Shown here: piece by piece, positions 1-12,000 of the stretch
Layout of the letters: every line of letters starts with the position of its first letter
How positions within the stretch are numbered: the stretch's first letter is position 1
DNA from: Candidatus Omnitrophota bacterium
GTDB lineage: Bacteria > Omnitrophota > Gorgyraeia > Gygaellales > Profunditerraquicolaceae
Assembly (NCBI GenBank): GCA_026387475.1
Contig: JAPLLN010000049.1
Span: 16,556-80,555, forward strand
DNA: 64,000 nt
Reading direction: 5' to 3'
The notes under the pieces: model-generated
Seen by the model: only the letters and a program-made list of their open reading frames with translations
The model's database searches: none
What the model was told of the DNA's origin: nothing
Translations under genes and position numbers: made by a program

Positions 1-3000
1 ATCTTGCACCTTGCTTAGTCTTCGCGCTTCTGGCATCCGAAATATTGACCTCATGATTTGATTTGTCAAAAAGCGTAAGGTCACTGACATTCATTCTTGC
101 TAACCCTGCAACCACGTTGATATTGATAAAGTCAAATCCTGAGATGTCTTGCCTTAAGAACGGCAGGCTAAGAGTAGTCTCGGGTATTGACTTATCAAGC
201 AGATATGCCACCTTTAAGACAGTTTCTCCTTTGCGGGTTTTCTTGGAATCAAATATAACGGATATCCGCTCTTCCCCTTCAGAGCTAACAATCCTCGCGC
301 TGACGATTGTTTTTCTATCGGGGCTAAACTCTATTACCATGATCCAATCTTCATGGCCTTTAATCTTCTGGCTTGATTCATCGATCCAGGCGACGACATC
401 TTTCAGATTCTTCTCGGTTAACGCGGACCCACTTCTTACATAAAAACCGTTATCATTATAGTAATACTTACGCTTTAACGATAAGCCTTCATTTGTTTTC
501 TCCCCAAAATCTATTACGGCCATACCCGACATCTGGATACCGTTTACAACCAGCGGACGTCCAAAGAACTGCACTGTCTCTTCTCCGGGGTTAGTCTCAA
601 TGCCGTATCTCCTTATTACCTTTCCTTTGTCCCTGTTTTCTTCGAACTTCGTTCCTTTTACATACCCCCTGTCTTCAACCACCATTACCGTCATAGGTTT
701 GCCATCAAGTCCGGGATAAATAACTGTTTTCGGAGTCACATAAGAACGGAAACGTATGACTCCTAATTTACCGCCAAGCTCGGGATAATCACGCGTCTCT
801 GAACCAGTCTCATTGTTCTGGGAATCGCGCTGGATCAAAGCGATAGTCTTTTTGTTTAAATCAATACGTCCGGTCTCATCGCCTTCGCCGTAAGTCTCGA
901 TTGTAACCGCCCTCGCCTTCAAAACCTTACCTTTGTAATCATTGCGCGGCACATACAAGACAACATCATGCTCTTTCCCGCCATTAAGAGCAACTCTCGT
1001 CTTAAACACTACTGCCCATCCGATAAGTTCTCCCTCTTCTCCGGTAACAGGATTATACGCGTATAAATTGGAGATCTCTTTCCCGGCGAATTCCGGCTTC
1101 CATTCTCTTGCAGACATACGGGTAGCAAAAGGCATATCATCCCTATCATAGACCATCCCTAAGTTCTCCTGATAAACGGAATCCTTCGGGCTACCCTTCA
1201 TATAAAGCCTCAACAGCCTGTAACCGGATGCGCCCAGGCGCAGCAATCTTATCTCTCCGCTGTCAAATTTCTTGGCAAATTCAGCGTAATTCTTGTAGAC
1301 ATCATTAGGTAATACGAAATAGCCTTTTCCTGCAATACCGTTGGCAAGCTCGGCATCGGTAAGTTTAGGCATCCTAACCATCAGATGCTCAGCGCGTATA
1401 TCATTCATTACTTCATCGCCTAATTTATTGAATTCAATGGTAGCGCCGTTGACATAGCTGGTCAGGAGAGGATTAAACCCGCGCTTCTTTAATGACTTAC
1501 CGAGTTCGGAATTGAATGATGCATTTCTATACCAGAGGACTTCTTCATAAGCATCGCGCACTTCATTGAAATTGGAGTCAATAAACCACGGATACCAAGC
1601 TCCGGACTCATTGGTTTCAGGATGTCTGTTGCCGGGATAAGGATTATGAATGGAGTAAACCGGATTATTTCTATCGGTATGCAGGTCTACTACCATTTCA
1701 CGGGTCAGGCGCGTCCTCAAAGTGCCCCTAAGCGGATCAGGAACATTGCTTAAGGCAACCACAGGCTTATTACCTGTCTTCAGGGTTCCCTTTGTAAAAT
1801 CTACCTGTGCCCTTAGCGCCTCTTCGGGAACGCCGATTAAAGCATAACCCTTCTTATTGAAATTAGATCTCTCGGCGGTCATCCCGCGCTCATAAAGAAC
1901 GGCTAACGCCGGCTCTCCCTTGACGTAAACCGTGGAGATATTCGCCCTAAACCCGTCAGGTAAAACGCGTCCGGCCAAGAGTACCGCCATCTCTCTCTCG
2001 GTGAACATCCTGAACGACCCGCGATTCCCGCCGATAGGCATAGTATAGAACTCGCGGCCTAACTCCAGCATCAACAACTTGCCTTCTAATCCTAATACCA
2101 ATTTCCCGTTCTTACCTTTATAATTGACTAATTCATAGCTGTAAGCTATGCGTCCGTTAGCGTCAATTACCGGCCTACCCTTATAATCTTTGACCTGATT
2201 CCCGCGGACAAAACCGCGGATAAGCGCATCAGTTAAATCCTGCGCATTCATATACTCCAAGCCGGCATTCCTGTCCTGCACCGCGGCCAGGCCGCTGATC
2301 AATCTCGGCGCTATATCATTGATATACTTAAGCCCGGGCTGGACGAACCCGACAAAATCCCCGTCTATTAATACGAGCGCTTCATTCATTTCTTTCGGGC
2401 ATTCGATAACCTGATAAAGCCCCGGACGATTAACCACCAGAGTAATATACTTAGGCCCTCTTCTTAATTCCATGCCATAGGCCTTTATCTTCTGATTGAC
2501 CGCTGCTAACGCAACTTCGTTTTCCAAAATGCTCGTCTTAGCCAAATCTATCGGATTAAGTATTCTGATAGTCTTGCCATCCAGACCGTAGCCTAAACCT
2601 AAGCCAGAATCCAACGCCGCGATATGCTCTTCGTTTAACGGCGCCCAATTGAGCACCCGGCCTATTGTTCCGTCGGCAAATACGCCGCGGGAAGTCTTGA
2701 GCCGTTCGCCTCTCTCTTTAAATTCAGGCACGGAAACAATATCCTGTTTACCGAGCAGCTTGCTGTTAAAGAATTTTGTGATCTCCTGAGTAGTAATATC
2801 GCTAAACTTGGAAGGCCTGACTATAACGTAGCCGTTCTGATCAAACGCCGTCTGCGGAGCAAGTTTAAACATGGTCTTAAGCACAGTGGCGGGAGAAATG
2901 CTGACTGACTGATAGCTTGCATTCGCCTGCGCCATACCCTGATCACCTGACATCATGCCGACATACAATTTATATTCAGCCCATTTCCTTACTCCGACTC

Positions 3001-6000
3001 CGGCTGTCTGCGGAGTAGCTATTCTTTCTATTTTCACATCCGGTATAGCAATCTGCGGAAGACGGATATACCTCTTTAATTCATTTTTCCTCTCCGGGTC
3101 ATTAGCCCAATCAGTCCAGAATTTCTTGTAGGTATCCCAAGTAAGATTCCTCTGGTCAGGGATGGTAAAGAGCGGGTGATCCTGCTCATCCCTGATCTCC
3201 CCGCCAATAGAAACGCTGTTACCGTAAGCCTTTTTGTCTCCAAATTCTACTACCGCCGGGATAAGCACCCGCTTACCCTGTACCATATGCCATTCTGCAA
3301 ACGGCTCCTGCCAAATAAGCACTGTCCCGCGCTTCAGCGGGAATGAACCTTTTTCAAGTTCGATCTCCTGATCGCTCTTAAGCGTAACCGTAGGCAGACG
3401 GTCTAAGTCGCTGCGATTAAAGCTGTAGAAACTCCGGGTAAGACAAATAATCTTCATTACCGGCGCGCGGAGCACTGACGGAAGATTCTTATCTTTCGAG
3501 ATGATTGGCTGTTGGGCGCGCAACGCAGCGTCTAAAGCAGCCGAGGCATAACTAGGGATTATCTTACGATGTCGTAAAGGATCATGATAAAGAGGATAAG
3601 GCGTAGATGTGGATTCCTCGATGGCAAAACCCATATCCATCGGAGATTCGATATAGCTAACCTTGCCGGTATAATCATCTGTGGCTGCGCCGAATTTCTG
3701 GGTCATACCGATGAGATAACGCGGCCCGTTATTCAGAGCTTCGACAGAAAGAATAGAAGGCATAGTCTTATCTTCCTGCATAAGGCCATAGGCGGTAAGG
3801 TATTTTTCCGCGCCCTTTACAAAATAACGCTCCTGGACAGCGAAATCGCGCTTATGAGTCTTATAATTGTAGCGGATGATTATCTTTGCCTCTCCCCAGC
3901 GCAACTGAAAATAGCTGCAGTCAGGCTGCGGGTTATAAATCGCCTCAAAATACATCATACGCAGGTCTTCCGATTCAATTACCACCACAGGATAGAATTT
4001 ATTGAATAATTTCTCCAGCGGCTGGACCGGGTCAGGGACTATCCAGCGCTCACCGTCAATTTCGAATTCCGGAACATCCACGCCGATACCGACCTTTCCG
4101 AAATTAATACCCGGTGAGAAAATATTAAGATGAAACCCGTTTTTATTGCGTTGCGGATAGATAAGCCCGCCTTCGCGAAGCTCTCTGTTCATAAAATGGC
4201 GCTGATATGTCCATTCGCAAAGCTTATCCATAATGTAATAAGCGGCGAGCGGAGGATAGGCAGTGCCACTTGCTATACCTTCAGCGGCAAGCGCAACGCT
4301 AGCAGCGTCTCCCAGCAGTCCGTTTGCGCCGATGCCGCCGGTAAGGCCTCCGCCGAAATTAAAGTTATGTATTATCGAACCGCCTAAATAATGCAGGTTC
4401 AGGCTTATGTCAAAAAGCACAAACTGGGTACGCGGGTCATCGGCTTTAAGTTTGCGCGCCATCTCTATTTTCTTCTGAAGGTCAACGAGAGAATTATTGA
4501 TATAATTGTGCATATGGGTGAGAAGGACTTCTGCTTTTCCCGGATCAAATGCGCGGTGCCTGAATTCATTAAGCGCCCCCACCGGTTTATCCATGCGGGT
4601 TCCCAGAATCATAGGATTGGTCCTGCTTTGAGTAAAACCATACCACATGGTTGAGGCCAGCGACTTCTTGCCCAGAGGAGTAAACCAATCATGGCCGGTC
4701 GGCTTGCCAAAACCAGTAGCATAGGGGAATGTGCCGTCTTCATTAGCGGTACCTTCTACCTCGCGGGTAAGCTGATCCGCGATAGTATTATCGCCAATCT
4801 TACGCAGGGCGGCGACCATAGAAAGAGTAAATTCCGGAGAGACCATGCGGCCGTCTTCCTTCTCTCTCCCTTCAGTCCTCCCGGTAGCTACCTCAACACC
4901 ATCCAAGCCCTTATTCCCGCGCCTGGCTGCCAATCGCCCTTCATCATTTGTATAATCCAACCCGCCTACGTATCTTTCGTTATATTTTATTCTTCTTACC
5001 CTTGCTTCCTGGATCGTATCATGCAGGAGGCGGGAGGCATTAACTCCTCTGACTCCGAGGAGCCTCTCGACATCATTGGCGTTTTCAGTGCTTAAGACTA
5101 GCCACGGGGCAATATCCGAAGCAAAGGTATCATCAAACCTGTTTTTAGTCTCCTCGAAACCGCGCGCCAGATACCAGCGTCTTACCCTATGATCAATAAG
5201 CGTCGTCTGTATCCCAAATATTTCGCTGACGTATTCCTTATAAGCCAAAGAGTTCCTTATGAAATGATTAATCCCGTAACGGCCGTCTTTATCGCCGATA
5301 GTCCACTCCAGGCGCCGGATTAATTCCGGAGAGTTACGTATCCCTAATGCGCTCCCTTTTTCGCGCAATAATTTTATGAGGTTATTCAGAAACGCCCGGC
5401 TTGAGACGCTCTGTTCGGTAGAATAATATGTGCTTAATCTCTCTTTGCCGTATTCATCTATTCTAAAGGTACGCAGGCCGCCGTAGGCAGGACTGCGCGG
5501 GTCAGTATTCTGCAGACCCATCAAATAATCGGCAAGCTGCCAGGCGAAATTAACGAAAGCCGTATCCTGCGCGGTGTAATTATTCTTGTAATACAGATAC
5601 CTTGCTATTGAGTTCCCGAACCAGGCATTCTGCCCGGCATCCTGTTTCTTCTCCCAGACCTCGCCAAACCTAAGGCTGATGCCGTTAGGAAGTCCGAATT
5701 TACCGAGATAATACTTCTGATAAATTTCAATCATAGAAGCTGCATGCTCAAATTCTCCGCCTTCCACACAATCAATGATTGCCAGCGCCGCGTCGTAGGT
5801 AACCAGGGTCTCCATCAAGCGCGGGTCATCCGGGTGGCTAAGCACTAAGTTGGCCCAGATTTCACGCAGCTTCTTATCAGTCTTGTTCTGCTGCAGACTC
5901 TTCTTTAATTCACCTAATTGATCCTTAAGCGCTTCTAATCTCTTATTACGGTCTGTCACAGCTAATCTCTTGTCCAGGCTAAAGGCGTTCATGTACTGCG

Positions 6001-9000
6001 ATAACGCCTTTGTTGCTTTTATCGCTTCCGGAGTAGGCAGGCCGGCAACCTTTGCCTCCAGCTCCATGACCTTGGCCTGCGTAACCTGCCTGTCTTTCCT
6101 TATTTCAGAGATGAGCGCATTATAGCTTTTATCCAAAGCATCTATGCTGGCGACTAATTTTACTTTTAACGGATTAGCGGCCAATCTCTTGACCATCTCC
6201 GCCCTGTCTTTGGCTAATTTTTCAATGGCATTCAGCTGATCCTGTTCGCGGAACTTATACCAATCAAGCTCCTGGCGGGCATCAGCCAGCTTCTTATTTG
6301 CTGCTTCGACAGCTTGGTCTACGGCTTGAGGAGTTACTGATCTGGCTTGAACTGCAGGTTTTGCAGCGGGTAAGCTGACAGGGGCCTGTTGAGCATCCCC
6401 AACAATATTCAATCTCTGCCCGATCACCAGCCTATTCGAATGCTCGTTAAAAATGTGCATATTGTATTTAAATATATCCCTCCACTGGACATTGTATTTT
6501 GCGGCTATTGAATACAAGGTTTCTCTCGGCCGGACTTCGTGGGATATAGGCTTATTGACCAACTTATGAGATACAGGAGGAAGGATCTCTCCCGGAGCGC
6601 CGGGCACGTTCAAGGATGCGTTGGCATCTTCAGCTTTAATTAAGGCCTTAACGGCAACTCTGTTTTCGTCAGCCTTGATTTTTGCGTCGGTTATCTGCAC
6701 AATGTTAGTTGCGGGTTGAGTTACTAATTCTACTGAATTGGTCGGAGTAATGATCGGTGCGGTAAGGACATTAGTGGTTATTGTTGCGGCAGCGACTAAA
6801 TTAGTGGTGGTTTGGCGTAAGCCGGAGAAGAGATTCATGAATCTTTCGATAATTCCCGGAGGACCTGTAGCCATAACCGGCCCGGCTAAACGATGCGCTG
6901 CGTTAGTTTCAACTGATGCCACTTTACCTGTTTGAGTTAAATCCGGAGTAACAATAATATTAGACGGCGGTACTACTTTGGCTGCGGGAATATTATTAGT
7001 ATTAGTAACAGCGGGTACGGGAACAGGTGCAACAGGTATCTCCTCTGCCGCGCCGGCGTTCGGGCCGGTTAACGCCGCCAAAGGTGAAAGCAGATATCCC
7101 ATCGCATCAGTAGCTATCCCTAAAATATCTATTCCGGTGATATTATAAATTAACGCAGCTTCAAGCTGGCCCCAGGAGATAGCGCCCAGGTTATGCTGGG
7201 TATCTTCCAAGGCCATGGCAATTACGTTTATCGGCTCGCCGACCAGGCGGACCGCATCCTGCAACATAGGAACTGAACTCTGATAATTCGCCATTTCATG
7301 GCCGATATTAATAACAGCGGCGATTTCCGCGCCGATCAAAGACATATACCAGAAGGAATTGCCGAATCTGCTTCCCTCTAATAACCACTGGGCAAGGTAC
7401 GGATGCCCCTGATTTGCATAATGACGGGCAATAGCTACACCCACTCCCTGCCCGGCCTTATAAATATTCCAGGACTCTGACGGATGCCTGGCAACAACCG
7501 CAAGATAGGCTAATAATGCCAAAGGTGAAGTTAAAGTAAAGGCCAGCGCCAATACCGCCGGAGCTAAACGATAAGTAATCTTGTTATTGAATCTATTCAA
7601 GAACGGCTTCTTCGCAGCCATAAAGCGCTGCTCCATTAATTTTACTAATCCCGGCCTGCCGCCGGCATTCACAATACCCTGCTCAAGCATATCTCTGACG
7701 AGATCGCCCGATACTTCCTTATTCTTAAACGCATCCAGCAGTCTGCGAGCATCAGTTGTTACGCGGTTTGAATTGTATCTGTTCTTCGCCAGGATATCCT
7801 GCAGGGAATTATAAGTCGATTTAATAGAAATAAGCTTCAGGCCCATGACGATCGACGCCAACCTGATAAATTCGCTTAAGGTATGCGGTAAGCCCCAGTA
7901 TAAACTGTCATTAACATGAAGAGGGAGGCCTAAAACCATTAATACATTATTGGCAAAGACGCTGCTTACGAATATCATCAATCCTCTGCCTGCGGCAAAT
8001 CTGACGATACCGGATACGGTAGGCGCGAATAAGGCCAATTTTGTTGCGGTAGCTTTAATAGCATAGCGCTTTGCGCCGGCTAATACTATTTCCTCGCCAA
8101 ATAAGGCTGCTTCTTTATCGACTTTCTGTTTAATCTCCTGGTCTCCGGCAAGGTAGCTACGGGCAAAATCAGCATAGTCGAGGTATCTCCAGGTATAATC
8201 CCAGAAGAAATTCCAGACTACCTCGACAAGATAACGGATACCTAAGCCCATGGCTGCGGCAGTTAAGACAGCGGAAAGACTAACGCTTGTAGAGAGCGCC
8301 GTAAGAACTGCGAATGTAACAGCGGTCACAAGCGGCAGGGGGGTCTTGAATATCTTATTTACCGCAACATATAATGAAGACTTCGGTGTCTGATATTCTT
8401 TATTGTGAACAGCGCGTAAGGCTAAGGCTTCGGTCTTATCTAATTTAAACGCCGCAAGGCCTAATCCGTAGAATATCCTCGCGTCCTTGCCCGCTCTTAT
8501 ATTCTTAATGTCTCTGGCAAGCAAGGCTATGCCAACCATTACACCTGCAATGAGGAAAATCCCCAGTAATATAGTAGGCAATAGTAATATAGCAGGTACT
8601 GTTGGCGCTAGCTTTACTGCTAGAGGGGCAAGGTATTCAGAAATTGCCACTCTTAACACAGGCATAAAATATTTGAGTGTGTAGATAAAACCAATTAAGA
8701 GAGATGCATGCCAAACCAAAACCGAGCCATTTTTGGTCGTTAATTTAGTTTTTAACGTGGTTCCAACACTAACAGGAGAAGAGCTATTGGTTCTTCTCGA
8801 TGCCACCCTATCTTTAATGACCTTAATTGCTTTCTCCGGATTCACGCAGCCCTTTCCAAGTTTGCCTTCTAAGAAATAGCTATCTTTTAATGGCGTTGCT
8901 GTATCAATTATCACATTTATAGCTTCTGAAGACGCTAACGAATGATCTAGTGATAGCAAATTAGCGGCAAGGGCACTAACTTGGGGAGCAGCGAAAATAA

Positions 9001-12000
9001 ATGCTGAAGCATCGATTCTTACCACGGGAATAAAAGGATAACGCAAATTAGCTGCAATGTTAACTGTAGAAGGAGCGGCAACGCTAACGTAACTACCATA
9101 ATTAGAGAATTTAGCTTTACATTCCCCCCTACTGTCTAATCCGGCTACCGCAATCACCTCTTTATATGCCGCTGGATAAACAGGGATATCCATATTATCA
9201 CCGCCGTTAGCGGCAATAACTACCACACCCTTAGACTGAAGTTGTCTGATTAATTCGTGAGCATTCTCGTCTTCATTATATTCGTAGAAACTGGTATTTA
9301 TTATTACAGGGAGCGTTGGATTGCTGTTTTTAAAATCTAGAACCATTTTTAAGCTCCTCAAAAATCTATCGCGATTAAATTCGAGATGCATTGATTCCAA
9401 TTTTGTACAAATAGCAAAGATCTCCACTATATCTTCAAATCGCTTATTTCCTTTTTCAAGTGACCATCTATATAACTCCCCATAATTCCTCCAATAGTAA
9501 TCCTTACTTCCCTGTTTTATAGAATAATTTCTTAGGAGATTGAGTAATTCATTGCGCACCCCTTCTTTAATACTTGAAAAATCTTTACTGTTTTTAATTC
9601 CAACTATTACTCCACTATCACCAACAGCTGAGATATTTATCGGGATAATCTCGCAGTCATTATTTCTCTCCCGGATTACTTTAGCAACCAATGTACCGTT
9701 AAGATGCCCGCCGAAGTTATAGAAGAATATCGAGTTAAATGGAACCAAAAAGTTATTACCATACTTCGGTTCGGTAATCTTTAATAAGCTATCCCACAAT
9801 TGAGTCTTTAGATCGTATTTTGTATCTCCCATGTATTTTTCCCCAAAACTATGGCTGAGACCAATACCAAATGTTGATAACGTTCCAGAATCAATAATAA
9901 ATACGGTTACCTTTCTCCTATTTTCTTTTCCACACCCGCTAATTAAAGATGTACCTCCAAGGGCAAACATGGTTGTTGCGCCAATAAACTGTCTGCGGCT
10001 CATGCTCAATCCCGCCACCGCCGCGCCGACTTTAGTCTCAACTGAATTCAACGGACTTGAGGTCTTGTCCGCCGAACCGGTGCCCATAGACGCTTCTGCC
10101 TGCCCTAATGGTAACAACCCCTGAACAGAGTCACCACCCCTTACTCCTTCTTCTCCTAATCTGGCTCTCGCTAACAAATTCATAATTAATACCAATATAT
10201 CTTCCCTAGCTTGAACAGAAGGAATAAAGGTGATTTTACGTTTTTCACTGGCAAAGTCAGGGCTCTGTTTAAACCCTCTTGTCAATTCCACACCAAAATG
10301 TTCTGCGACTTCTGCTGGAAATTCTTCAGGAGCGTCATGGGAATCCTTTTTGCCAGCGGTAAGCATATTCATCCACTCTTTAGCCCAGGCGCCACCTAAT
10401 TTCCCAAGGAGTTCAACGTTAGAGATCTCAAAAGGTTTTCCGGTTTCAAGGTCATCTATTACGGTTATCCTTGATAAAAGCAAGGCATTGTGATATGCGC
10501 CGAGCATGGCATCGCCAATTTCATCCTCAGTAATAGGGTCTAAGGGGTGGGTAGAATCTTTTCTGTTCCGGGTTAGCTGAGAACTCGAAACACCCAAATC
10601 CAGAAGCACAACGTTTCCGTCAACATTAACCCCGAAATTATGGAATTTATTGTCTGAAACAATAACCCCTCTGCGGGCCATCTCGATATAAATCTCATAT
10701 GCCTTTCTCAAGATATCCACGCCTATGGCGTATTTACGTTCAAAATTACCATTGCCCAAATAAGCAAAAATGCCCTTACCTTCTGACAGATCCACTAAGT
10801 AATGCAAGATAGTCCGTACCTTTTCCTGATAAATCTTACCATCGCTAAGCAGCACAAATGGTGCGGTCAATCCTCCTAATCTTTCTTGCATAAGGATGTA
10901 ACTTCCGAGCTCAATACTACATTCAGCCGGATTTTTAGGAGTTTTGCGTACAATATTAAGGTTGGGATCTACCTCAACAACAAACTCTGCAGAAGCAGAT
11001 ATCCTGCGCTCAGGCACGAAATTCATCATTGCCTTATACACATGCCCTTCTTCAATCCCGAGGATTTTTGTCAGCAAATCATCAATCTTATATAGCAATG
11101 ACTGGAGGCACAACTTGCAAAAATCATCCCGATTTCCGTCTTGATAGACATTCATCAGATGATGGGCGTCCCGCTGGACGCTTTCGCTAAACTTCTGGCG
11201 TTCACTGTTAAGAACATTCTTTATATAACCATAGAACCTGGCTCCATATTCTGCCTGCACACCGGCGTTAGGACATTGTCCTTGCTCATTTAACATCGCG
11301 CCAAGATATTCTCTTCCCTTTTGCGTAACTGCCAACATATCAATTGCCCAGCGATGATACGGACTTAAACGTGTAATACCTTGAGCGAAACAGGCACCCA
11401 GGGAAATATTATTGTCGTGGGCATAGCTGTTATGCAAATTTGCGAATATCTCCGCCCAGCGTTTCATCTCTATAGCCCTACGATCCGGAGCAAGCATGCG
11501 GTAACTAATGCTTAGGTAGTCTTCATAAAAACTTCTGGTAAAATAAATATGGCTTTTGCCATCAGGACTAAAATACGAAATAGCGGAGACCAAATTTTCA
11601 AGGTCTTTAGCGTCATCGGTAATCGGGAAACCAAATAACGCGCCCACCCCTTCATTAACTACATGTAAAACATAATTCTCACGATTAAGAGGAACTTCCA
11701 GCCCGATAAAGCCGTAATATGCTTTCACGGCTTTCCAGTCAACTACATCAGGGTTAATAATAGTCGTTATATCATCTTCAAATCTGGCTAGCCTGGTCTT
11801 AAGGGCAGCGATTCTAAGGTTGAATTCCGTACCCTGCATATTCGGACCATGCAGACAGAGGACCCATAACTTAGAAGCTACTTCGGTAAGGGCTGCCGGC
11901 GAAGAGGCGTCTTTCTTTTTTTGATCAAGGATTACTTTAACTTTCCCTATTCCCTTGATTATCTCGAATAACAGCACACAGTCTTTGTCGGCCTTAGTAA

